From Mizuhopecten yessoensis (lineage: Eukaryota): a stretch of DNA of 64,000 nt. The DNA is taken from NCBI RefSeq assembly GCF_002113885.1, contig NW_018407700.1, positions 1,220,141 to 1,284,140 on the forward strand. Direction: 5' to 3'. The translations under genes and the position numbers were made by a program. The number at the start of each line of letters is the position of its first letter. Positions within the stretch are counted from its first letter, which is position 1. The notes under the pieces are model-generated. The model saw only the letters and a list, made by a program, of their open reading frames with translations. It did not search any database and had not been told where the DNA came from. Shown in pieces: positions 40,566-52,123 of the stretch.

Positions 40566-41252
40566 NNNNNNNNNNNNNNNNNNNNNNNNNNNNNNNNNNN
40601 NNNNNNNNNNNNNNNNNNNNNNNNNNNNNNNNNNNNNNNNNNNNNNNNNNNNNNNNNNNNNNNNNNNNNNNNNNNNNNNNNNNNNNNNNNNNNNNNNNNN
40701 NNNNNNNNNNNNNNNNNNNNNNNNNNNNNNNNNNNNNNNNNNNNNNNNNNNNNNNNNNNNNNNNNNNNNNNNNNNNNNNNNNNNNNNNNNNNNNNNNNNN
40801 NNNNNNNNNNNNNNNNNNNNNNNNNNNNNNNNNNNNNNNNNNNNNNNNNNNNNNNNNNNNNNNNNNNNNNNNNNNNNNNNNNNNNNNNNNNNNNNNNNNN
40901 NNNNNNNNNNNNNNNNNNNNNNNNNNNNNNNNNNNNNNNNNNNNNNNNNNNNNNNNNNNNNNNNNNNNNNNNNNNNNNNNNNNNNNNNNNNNNNNNNNNN
41001 NNNNNNNNNNNNNNNNNNNNNNNNNNNNNNNNNNNNNNNNNNNNNNNNNNNNNNNNNNNNNNNNNNNNNNNNNNNNNNNNNNNNNNNNNNNNNNNNNNNN
41101 NNNNNNNNNNNNNNNNNNNNNNNNNNNNNNNNNNNNNNNNNNNNNNNNNNNNNNNNNNNNNNNNNNNNNNNNNNNNNNNNNNNNNNNNNNNNNNNNNNNN
41201 NNNNNNNNNNNNNNNNNNNNNNNNNNNNNNNNNNNNNNNNNNNNNNNNNNNN
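40566..41252. other. Assembly gap (N run), likely hiding an ASCC3 exon
   Basis: N run between two ASCC3 exons that cannot be joined in phase. Confidence 0.95.
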
Positions 41253-41669
41253 TTACCGGTGAAACTGGGTGGGGGTGGCAGGGAGGGAGAAGAAAACAAG
41301 AATACCTAAAGTTTTCCTCGCTGTCTGTCCGAAGAAGTTTGTCAGCACTCTTGCGCCTTCATTCTTTCCTAGTTTTTAATCAAACTTCACATTATTGTAA
41401 AGAATTTAAATATCTTGGACAATTTCAAGGTAATCGGGGCAAGACAAGGTCACTATTACTATTTTAGAAAATCTTTGTCAGCACTCTAGTGCCTCATTCT
41501 TTCATGGATTTTAGTCAAACTTCACATTATTGTAAAAAATTTCAATATATTGGACAAGTTCAAGTTTCAAGGTCCTCAGATCTAGGTTGAGGTCACTGTT
41601 GCATCTTAATAGATTGCGGGGGCCGGTAGGGGACATGTATTGCTTCAGCAATACTCAGTATGCTTGTTT
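41253..41669 (+). mobile_element. HINE-like element of a second family, 5' end at the gap edge
   Basis: Start TACCGGTGAAACTGG, tgtctgtcc tract, two copies of a roughly 140-bp repeat, 3' subTIR CCGGTAGGGGAC, terminal hairpin GTATTGCTTCAGCAATAC, then cttgttt. Confidence 0.7.
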
Positions 41670-41874
41670 ATATATGGTAATACTATACCCAATTAAGTTT
41701 CACTATTACATTATTTAAGCAAACTGATTTTTTATGCATACATCTCTTTGTATTTCAACACTTAATGTCATCAAGAGTTTGTTCCCTTGGTCCACATTAG
41801 TTCACTGTTGTTTTGTAATTCTATTAAGATGCATGAAGATTGCTGTATTGTAAAACGTATTGTTTGATTGACAG

Positions 41875-42007
41875 ATGTTCTACAGATGATGGGGCGGGCT
41901 GGACGACCACAGTTTGATGACAATGGAGTGGCAGTCATTCTTGTCCATGATATAAAAAAACATTTCTACAAGAAGTTCCTCTATGAACCTTTTCCTGTGG
42001 AATCAAA
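41875..42007 (+). CDS. ASCC3: ASCC3 internal exon (helicase motif VI): (D)[43 protein letters not shown]
   Basis: Acceptor tgattgacag| and donor aa|gtaaat; phase 1/2. Contains [12 protein letters not shown] and [12 protein letters not shown]. Absent from the ORF track. Confidence 0.95.
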
Positions 42008-42009
42008 GT

Positions 42010-43440
42010 AAATACCTATATATCCTGTATAGACTTATATATCCTATAGATACTTGTATTTCCTCTAGATACCTGTATTTCCTCTAGATACCTGTAACTC
42101 CTCTAGATACCTGTAACTCCTCCTCTAGATACCTGTAACTCCTCTAGATATCTGTATTTCCTCTAGATATCTGTATTTCCTCTAGATACCTGTAACTCCT
42201 CTAGATACCTGTAACTCCTCTAGATACCTGTAACTCCTCTAGATACCTGTATTTCCCATAGATACATGTATTTCCTCTAGACACCTGTATTTCCCATTGA
42301 TACTTATATTTCCTATAGATACTTGTATTTCCTCTAGATATCTGTATTTCCTCTAGATACCTGTAAATCCTCTAGACACCTGTATTTCCCATTGATACTT
42401 ATATTTCCTCTAAAACCTTTATTTCCCATAGATACTTGTATTTCCTCTAGACACCTGTATTTCCCATAGATACTTATATTTCCTCTAAACCTTTATTTCC
42501 CATAGATACCTGTATTTCCTCTAGATACTTGTATTTCCTCTAGATACATGTACTTCTCATAGATACCTGTATTTCCTCTAGATACCTGTACTTCCCATAG
42601 ATACTTGTATTTCCCCTAGATACCTGTACTTCCCATAGCTACTTGTATTCCCTCTAGATACCTGTACTTCTCATAGATACCTGTATTTCCTCTAGATACC
42701 TGTCCTTCCCATAGATACTTGTATTTCCTCTAGATACCCGTATTTCCTCTAGATACCTGTATTTCCTCTAGATACATGTACTTCCATATATACCTGTATT
42801 TCCTCTAGATAGATGTATTTCCTCTAGATACATGTACTTCCCATGGATACTTGTATTTCCTCTAGATACATGTACTTCCCATATATACCTGTATTTCCTC
42901 TAGATACCTGTACTTCCTCTAGATACCTGTACTTCTCATAGATACCTGTATTTCCCATAGATACTTGTATTCCCTCTAGATACCTGTACTTCTCATAGAT
43001 ACCTGTATTTCCTCTAGATACCTGTACTTCCCATAGATACTTCTATTTCCTTTAGATACCTGTATTTCCTCTAGATACATGTATTTCCTCTAGATACCTG
43101 TATTTCCTCTAGATACCTGTATTTCCTCTAGATACCTGTACTTCCAATAGATACTTGTATTTCCTCTAGATACCTGTATTTCCTCTAGATACATGTACTT
43201 TCCATATATACCTGTATTTCCTCTAGATACATGTATTTCCTCTAGATACCTGTACTTCCCATAGATACTTGTATTTTCTCTAGATACCTGTTTTTCCCTT
43301 TGATACTGAAGTATCTGTTCTTCCAATCTAATCACAACACCAGTTTATCCTGTAAATGACCTTAACATAGATAGATAACATACTGTACCTTTTTATAGAT
43401 ATCCTTTATTTCCCATAGATACTTGTATTTCCATTAAATA
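42010..43440. repeat. 19-20-bp minisatellite (tagatacctgtatttcctc) starting immediately after an ASCC3 donor
   Basis: Direct inspection. Confidence 0.95.
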
Positions 43441-43919
43441 CTAACTATATTTCCTATCATGACAACAGGTTTGTATGCCGAAATAATCTGAATTTAGGTA
43501 GATAACACACTTTTTGAAGTTATTTTTCTATGAATATTTACCTATATGTATTAGAGTGTGTGTTATGTAGGTATTAGGGATAGGGAAACCCTACTCTTGG
43601 GTGTAGAATTGTGTCAGATTGGAGGTTGTGCCAAAGGTCTGACCCCTAATGCTACAACCCATCATAGAATCTCACTGTATTCTCCATAGCTTACATAACG
43701 ATTGACTCTTTGACTTCCACCTCTAACACAGGAAACGGCAAAAGCAGCAATGACGTTGACATTTTAAATGTGAATGCAAAAATATCAAAATGAAAATCGA
43801 TTTTCTATATAACATGCAAAATTACCAAGAACATACCTGTATTTCTTGTATTCAATATAGATAGATGTATTTCTTTATTATATTGTAAATGTATGTTTTG
43901 CAGATGCCCCATCTCCTAT

Positions 43920-44655
43920 TGATACCTGTAATTTTAGGTAGATACCTGTAAGTCTGGTAGATACCTGTAATTTTGATAGATACCTGTAACTCTGGTAAAT
44001 ACCTGTAATTCTGGTAAATACCTATAATTCTTGTAGATAACTGTAATTCTGGTAGATATCTGTTATTCTGGTAGATATCTGTAATTCTGGTAAATACTTA
44101 TAATTCAGGTAAATACCTGTAATTCTGGTAAATACCTATAATTCTGGTAGGTTACCTGGTACCTGTATTCTAGGTAGATATCCATATATCTGGTATATAC
44201 TGTAATTCTGTAGATACTTGTTATTCTGGCAGATACCTGTAATTCTGGTAGAAATCTGAAATTCAGGTAGATACCTGTAAAATTCTGGTAAATACCTGTT
44301 ATTCTGGTTGATACCTGTTATTCTGGTAGATACCGGTAATTCTGGTAGATACTTGTTATTCTGGTAGATACCTGTTATTCTGGTAGATACCTGTTATTCT
44401 GGTAAATACCTAAAATTCTGGTAAATACCTAAAATTCTGGTAAATACCTGTAATTCTGGTAAATACCTGTAATTCAGGTAGGTTACCTGGTACCTGTATT
44501 CGAGGTAGATATCCATATATCTGGTAGATACTTGTAATTCTAATAGATACTTGTAATTCTGGAAGATAACTGTATTTCAATAAAGTAACTGTAATATTCT
44601 TGTAGATACCTGTATTTTTGGTAGATACCTGTATCATTTTTACCTGTATTTCTAG
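43920..44655. repeat. 19-bp minisatellite (ggta(g/a)atacctgtaattct) running up to an ASCC3 acceptor
   Basis: Direct inspection; shares the atacctgta core with the 42010-43440 array. Confidence 0.93.
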
Positions 44656-44781
44656 CCTACTTGATGTGCTACCTGACCATCTGAATGCTGAGATTGTAGC
44701 AGGGACAATAGCCTCCAAACAGGATGCAATGGACTACATCACCTGGACCTACTTCTTCAGGCGGCTCGTCATGAATCCAAG
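44656..44781 (+). CDS. ASCC3: ASCC3 internal exon (winged-helix region): (N)[41 protein letters not shown](S)
   Basis: Acceptor tacctgtatttctag| and donor ag|gtaggt; 126 nt, phase 2/2, in frame with the previous exon (AA|C = Asn). Contains DHLNAEI and WTYFFRRL. Confidence 0.95.
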
Positions 44782-45432
44782 GTAGGTCTTAATTGTTTAT
44801 TTATATAACCCAAGGGAGATAACTCTTCTAAGCCTAAGGAGCGATCAGAGGAACCGCCACATAAGTTGTCTATTGCAATGCAGAAAATTGCTTTTCAGTC
44901 GACTTTTTACAGCATGTTTCATGTTTGCTGAATTTTATTTGTTGAAATGTTCTATTCCAGGGTCGTGTGTAACACTCTGTGTGAGTAATGCTCTACACTC
45001 TCTGTAGATTATGTTGAAAGTACATCCATGTACCTGAAAAAACGACATTTTTTGCAGCTTTGATTAATGTTGTGTATTCATAGAATGGGTTGAAAGTACA
45101 AACTTGTACCTGAGAAAGACATTTTTGCAGCTATTTGTGTGATATATGGACATGTACATCCATCATAAATACTTTGGAAGTGGGAATCGGCTGCAGAACA
45201 TGATATATAGTGACCATCAGATGGTCAGCACATCTGACGAGTCTGCTTAGAGGAATCTGTTGTGTATATGGTAAAATGTTTTACTTTATCTGCTATCAAC
45301 ACTGAGTGATGCCAGTTTTGTTTTAATGTTATTTGAGGAATTTTTAGATAGAGAACTGTTCATTTTATTAAAAGATATAAAAAAAAAACATTCAAGAAAG
45401 TAAGTTGTGTTTGGTGAGTACAAATACTATGC

Positions 45433-45618
45433 ATAACATGACTTAATATAAATAGGGCTTTTTTGGGGGGAAGGGGTCTTTTTGTCTCATATTAGGAAGA
45501 AAATATAGCAATCGGAAAGGAAATTTCCACAAATTTTGGAAATAAGGCATGCATATGAAATAGTTTCAGTTGGGAATGGGGCCATTATTGGCCCCAAAAA
45601 GTCCCCAGAAAACCCCTA
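45433..45618. mobile_element. Possible decayed MITE (TAGGGCTTTT...AAAACCCCTA)
   Basis: Imperfect terminal inverted repeats; no TSD found. Confidence 0.3.
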
Positions 45619-46654
45619 GCTGACGTACAACCAGAATCTAGGTGTATCAAGCGCCATTAAGTAATGACATACCTAGTAAACTATGGTATATTTTTTGACA
45701 GACACCTTTAAACGTTTGATGCAATAGCTTCTCTTCATCATCGTGTTATCAGCCCAGAAATGTATTGCACAACGTATGTTTATATACTTTGGAAAAGAAC
45801 TTGTACAAACATAGAATTCTGCCAATTCTTCTGTTATGTACTTTATACACGAGAATAGAAATTTGCCAATTTTCAATGTATACATGTGTCAGGAATTACC
45901 CCAAGATTCACTTTACTATCTTTGTTTTTAATCGTGAATTATGCCAGGCCTTGTGTACGCCAACAGCTCATCTTCTTTTGGACATATCTCTTCGAGGAGC
46001 TATCTCATACATCAGTGTCGCTTCAGGAAAATTTAATGTATATCTTGTTCCGAAATCTCAGGCGTACAAAAGTCTGACTGGAACTGCCATATCTTTTGCA
46101 GTTTTGTGGTGCCAGACCGTTCATCGTTGCAGGTCTTGGTATATTAGGTGGACTGTAATATATAGCGACATCCATCTCTTGTTACAGTATATAACTCACT
46201 TCTAATTCCTATATAATCACTTCAGAATGCATCAAGTATATGTGTCCATTTAAACTGACCAGAGGGTTATCATAGTTTATATAATAAATGATCAAATCTA
46301 CTTTATATTTTCCCCTAGATGATTTTGATTTTAAAATGCTAATTTTTTAATTTATTTCATTCTTTTACCGTAAAAAACATACACTACATGAGGTATTGTT
46401 TTCAATTGACTTCATTTGTACAAATGCAGATTATAGATCTTTCAATGTTCCTGTCACAGATTCAAATATTTTAAAAGGAATCATTTGAAATGCAGTTTCA
46501 AAAATATGTGCGCAAGACAATAACTAAAACAAAAAGATTTATTGCCTTTTTTCCATTCTGTACCACAATCAAGAAACAATACCCTTTATACAAAATTGTC
46601 CAAGGAATTCAGATGATGCTGGGGTTGTTTGAGGTTTGCAAAAATATACAAGAT

Positions 46655-49400
46655 TCAATGGGATGTAAAAGGCTTGCTGGAATGACTGCATGTTGCTGGA
46701 ATGTACAAGGTTCACTAAGATGTATGAAGCTCACTAGTATTGGGATGTATAAGGTAGGCCACTTGGATGTATAAGGTAGGCCACTGGGATGTATGAAGCT
46801 CACTGGGATGTATATATATGGTAGGCTGCTGGAATGTATGAAGCTCACTGGAATGTACAAGGTTCACTGGGATCTATGAAGCTCACTAGTACTGGGATGT
46901 ATAAGGTAGACCACTGGGATGTATAAGGTAGATCACTGGGATGTATAAGGTAGGCCACTGGGATGTATGAAGCTCACTGGGATATATGAAGCTCACTGGG
47001 ATGTATATATATGGTAGGCTGCTGGAATGTATGAAGCTCACTGGAATGTACAAGGTTCACTGGGATTTATGAAGCTCACTAGTACTGGGATGTATAAGGT
47101 AGGCCACTGGGATGTATAAGGTAGGCCACTGGGATATATAAACTAGGTCACTGGGATGTATGTGGCTCACTGAGTTGTATAAGCTATCCCACTGGGATGT
47201 ATAAGGCTCATTGGGGTGTATAAGCTAGGCCACTGGGATGTATGAAACTCACTGGGATGTATAAGGTAGGCCACTGGGATATATAAACTAGGCCACTGGG
47301 ATGTATGAAGCTCACTGGGATGTATAAGGTAGGCCACTGGGATGTAGGAAGCTCACTGGGATATATGAAGCTCACTGGGATATATTAGTTAGGCCACTGA
47401 GATGTAGGAAGCTCACTGGGATGTATATGCTAGGCCACTGGGATGTATGAAGCTCACTGGGATGTATAAGGTAGGCCACTGGGATGTATGAAGTTCACTG
47501 GAATGTATAAGGTAGGCCACTGGGATGTATGAAGCTCACTGTGATATATGAAGCTCACTGGGATGTATAAGGTAGGCCACTGGGATGTATGAAGCTCACT
47601 GGGATATATGAACTCACTGGGATGTATAAGGTCGGCCACTGGGATGTATGAAGCTCACTGGGATATATGAAGCTCACTGAGATGTATATATATGGTTGGC
47701 TACTGGGATGTATGAAGCTCACTGGAAAGTACAAGGTTCACTGGGATTTATGAAGCTCACTAGTACTGGGATGTATAAGGTAGGCCACTTGGATGTATAA
47801 GGTAGGCCACTGGGATATATAAACTAGGCCACTGTGATGTATGAAGCTCACTGGGATATATGAAGCTCACTGGGATGTATATATATGGTAGGCCACTGGG
47901 ATATATAAACTAGGCCACTGGGATGTATGTGGCTCACTGAGTTGTATAAGCTATCCCACTGGGATGTATAAGGCTCATTGGGATGTATAAGGCTCATTGG
48001 GATGTATAAGCTAGGCCACTGAGATGTAGGAAGCTCACTGGGATGTAATATAAATGCTAGGCCATTGGGATGTATGAAACTCACTGGGATATATAAACTA
48101 GGCCACTGGAATGTATGTGGATCACTTGGGATGTATAAGCTAGGCCACTGGGATGTATAAGGCTCATTGGGATGTATAAGCTAGGCCACTGGGATGTCTG
48201 AATTAGCTCACTTAGATGTATAAGCTATATGCCACTGGGCTGTATGAAGCTCACTGGGATATAAACTAGGCCACTTGGATGTATATGGCTCGCTTGGATG
48301 TTTATGCTAGGCCACTTGGATGTATGTGGCTCACTGGGATGTATATGCTAGGCCACTTGGATGTATGTGGCTCACTGGGATGTATAAGCTAGGCCACTAG
48401 GATGTCTGAATTAGCTCACTGGGATTTATAAGCTAGGCCACTTTGATGTATGTGGCTCACAGGGATGTATAAGCTAGGCCACTCTGAATTAGCTCACTGG
48501 GATATATATATATACTAGGCCACTGGAATGTATGTGGCTCACTAAGATATATTAGTTAGGTCACTGGGATGTGTGAAGCTCACTGGGATGTATATGCTAG
48601 GCCACTGGGATGTATGGAGCTCACTGGGATGTATATGCTAGGCCACTGGGATGTATGTGGCTCACTGGGATATATTAGTTAGGTCACTGGGATGTGTGAA
48701 GCTCACTGGGATGTATATGCTAGGCCACTGGGATGTATGTGGCTCACTGGGATATATAAGTTAGGCCACTGGGGTGTTTATGCTAGGCCACTGGGATATG
48801 AGGCTCACTGGGATGTATAAACTAGGCCACTGGGATATATGAAGCTTACTGGGATGAATGAGGCTTGATGGAATTTATAGGCTCACGGGGATGTACAAGG
48901 CCTCTGGGATGTATGAGGCTTGTAGGGATGTATGAGGCTCACTGGGATGTATTTGCTAGGCCACTGGGATGTATGAAGCTCACTGGGATGTATAAACTAG
49001 GCCACTGGGATGTATGTGGCTCACTTGGATATATAAACTAGGCCACTGGGATGTATGAAGCTTACTGGGATGAATGAGGCTTGATGGAATATATATAGGC
49101 TCACTGGGATGAACAAGGCCTCTGGGATGTATGAGGCTTACTGGGATGTATGAGGCATGATGGGATGTATGAAGCCCACTGGGTTGTATGGGACTCATTT
49201 GAATGTATAAGAGGCTCAATTGGATTATGAGGTGGCTGGGATGTATGAAGCTCACTTGGAGATGTATGAAGCTTACTAAGTTGTAAGAAGCTTAATGGGA
49301 TTATGAGGCATGCTTGGATGCTTGAGTCTTGCTGGAATTTACAAAGTTGACCCAGGGATGTGTGAGGCTTGCTTGGTTGTATGAGTCTCACTGGGTTGTA
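46655..49400. repeat. 2.7-kb compound minisatellite of 19-bp (cactgggatgtatgaagct) and 22-bp (cactgggatgtataaggtaggc) units
   Basis: Direct inspection; degenerate at both edges. Confidence 0.95.
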
Positions 49401-50569
49401 GGAGGCTCTCTGAAGTGACAGTAAATATAATTTGAACATGAGTATGATCTGTTCTTTCCGTTTTCTGATCATATATCTAGTGAAGGAAATGTAACCTACG
49501 AACTGCTTCGGGGCTTGAATCTTGCTCGATGACTTACAGGTGATAAATATTCCAGAGATAAGATGTACCATCTTAACCATTTTCAGCTTATAAAACATAT
49601 TTACCTACCACCATTACTGCTTTTAGGATTTGTTGGAAAGGATAATGCAAGTCTTGTTTTTTTGTGGAGCTGACAGTGATGTATACAAGATGTCTATAGA
49701 CAGTTCATCAATGGTTTATAACTTCTCTTTACTGTGTACTTATACATGACTGTCTAAATTATTTACAAGAAACTTTTTTTCGGAAACGAAAATACCGGAA
49801 TTAAGAGAGTATTCTGTGTGTTGGGGGCCTCAATATGAAATACAAACAGTTTGATGTATGTTTTTTTATTGACATTAAATCTCCTCTTCTAATCCCCCAC
49901 AACCCTGTTTTAACTAGTCCCCAGCACGGATAATGGATCCTGTACTTAGGGTTCTTACTCTATTTTGTTCACGACCTAGTTAACGGTAGAGAGTCTCAGC
50001 ACTTTTCCTCTGTTTGCAAGCCTTGAACAAATATTTTCGTGTTTAATTTACATTATATCCTTCATGTTCGTACAAAGACAATAACACTACATGCTGTGGT
50101 TCTTTTGAGGGAGTAATACAACATTTTGAAATATTTCCTGTAACAAGTGGATGAGCTTCTTGTTTTATGATTAAAAGGTCTGGGGAGTTAATCCCTATAG
50201 CAGTGGAGAGGTTTTTGTGGAAGATGCAATTTAATGTACAAGAACTCCCTAGTTAGACAATGCTCCAATAAACATCTTATCCATTGGAGATACAACTGGA
50301 CACAGCTGGGACTCAATACTTTAATATATATGGTTGTATAGTCCGCTACACAAATGTTTCATGATTATATAAGTATTTCATAAAGAATATGCTTGAGGAT
50401 AATTCCCTCATTGGAGAAGGTGGTAAAAAAAAGGCGGAAGTTAAACTGCCACAAAATAATATCCTGGAACAAGGCAGCTATATAGATGTAATGAGAATAT
50501 CAATGTACGTTCTTTGTAAGTTTCCAGGCAGTAGAAATATTTTGTTGGTGACTGACGAACTCTGCAAGA

Positions 50570-51016
50570 TTCTGTTCTTGTACATAAGAACAGTTCATGA
50601 ACAGTTCTAGAACCTCAAGAACAGTTCTTGAACTGTTCTGTATCATTGTTCTAGAACATATATTCTTAAAATGTTCTTGAACATTTTGAAGAACTGTTCT
50701 AGAACATTTCTAGAACTTTCAGTTTTCTTAAAATGTTATTGAACAAGCTCAAGAACAGTATATGAACGTCAATGAGACAAATTGTCAAGAACTGTTTGAT
50801 CTAAAACAGTTCTAGAACTAAATGACTGGAGGAGTTCTAGAACAATAAGTTTAAGAACTATTCTAGAACAATCAGTTCTTGACAATTTGTCTCATCTAAC
50901 AGTCATGTACTGTACTTGAACTAGCTGTTCCGAACAGTTGAAGAAAAGTTCTTGCCCTTTCCTTCTAGAGCAGTTCAAGAACAGTTACTGCATTGTTCAA
51001 GAAAGTTTCACAGGGG
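50570..51016. mobile_element. Foldback/palindromic MITE-like element rich in GTTCTAGAAC and GAACAGTTC motifs
   Basis: Perfect 23-bp inverted repeat at 50772-50794 and 50873-50895 inside a longer imperfect hairpin; many short palindromes. Ends and TSD not resolved. Confidence 0.55.
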
Positions 51017-51593
51017 TTTTATTTTGATCCTAACCCAGTTTATGTCTGTCTGTGCTACGAACAGTTTATCAGTGGAATGACATGGTCTGTCTGTCTGTCT
51101 GTCCATCTTTCTATCTATACTGCAAGTTTGTAAGTGGAGTAACTCAAGTCTCTCTCCATCGATACTAGTTTGTTAGTGGAGTAACCTAATCTGATCTGTA
51201 CAGCCTGTATTTGTTTCCTACTATCTTCTGTCTATCATCCATAAAGTCTGGGTTTTTTGTGCAAGATTGGATAAGTGATTATAAAATGTGTGGTCCCAAG
51301 GAGGATGTAAGTTAAATTATCATAATGTTGATATTTTTTTCTCCAAGAATAGTGTTGATTTTTCAAAGGTGTCTGACCAACCCTTCTTTATTATAAATAT
51401 CAACAGCCTTTATTGTGAAATTGTTAGGTAAAATCATCCTGTTTGAAGTCATGCATGTATGTCTGACCGCCTTGAGTGGTAACACTACTGCAAACATACA
51501 TATTCTAGCGCTTTTTGAAGTTTTGGTATATTGTTTTCTATTTCAAATATTGTGAGTGCGCAAATTCCGCAATGTGCTAATCTGTTAAAATTT

Positions 51594-51710
51594 GATAAAG
51601 CACTATAATTACTGTCGCTAAGATAAAGCACTATAATTACTGTCGCTAAGATAAAGCACTATAATTACTGTCGCTAAGATAAAGCACTATAATTACTGTC
51701 GCTAAGATAA
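51594..51710. repeat. 28-bp perfect tandem repeat x4 (gataaagcactataattactgtcgctaa)
   Basis: Direct inspection. Confidence 0.95.
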
Positions 51711-52054
51711 GACTTCACAGTATTCTTTTCTTATCAATACAGTCAGCAAAATTCTTCGGACAAGTCATTGTCATCAACAAATGAAAAAAACAATGCAAAA
51801 TAGTTTTATATGATTTTTTATTAATTTTCATGACATATAAATACTGTGCCCCATCTTTTGGCCTTGCAAAGATGTTCATACAGCAACAAGTTAAATTATT
51901 TAAATTATTTAATACATGTACATCAAATGTCTCATAATAATAAATACTCAAATTTTAATTTAACACAAATAATTAATTTTATGATAATTTATTAACTCTT
52001 TAATACATTTTACTCACTCCTTGCTTTCTCTCTCTGCTCCTACTTCCTGATCTG

Positions 52055-52123
52055 TCTCTCTCCATATATCTCTTTCTCTTTCTATCTCTCTCTCTCTCTC
52101 TGTCGTTATATATATATATATAT
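52055..52123. repeat. (CT)n and (AT)n microsatellites
   Basis: Direct inspection. Confidence 0.85.

Noticed and set aside
36943-41309. ORFs made mostly of X
   Set aside because: They span N gaps.
32925-44781. Alternative identity as SNRNP200/Brr2 or HFM1
   Set aside because: [32 protein letters not shown] and WTYFFRRL match ASCC3 rather than these paralogues.
50180-50200. tggggagttaat (WGVN) as the missing ASCC3 motif V exon
   Set aside because: Wrong position in exon order, and the flanking codons do not match STLAWGVNFPAH.
1-51710. Many minisatellite units are multiples of 3 (21, 30, 36, 39, 42, 63, 66)
   Set aside because: A similar number are not (19, 20, 22, 28, 31, 38, 50, 82), so there is no support for coding constraint.
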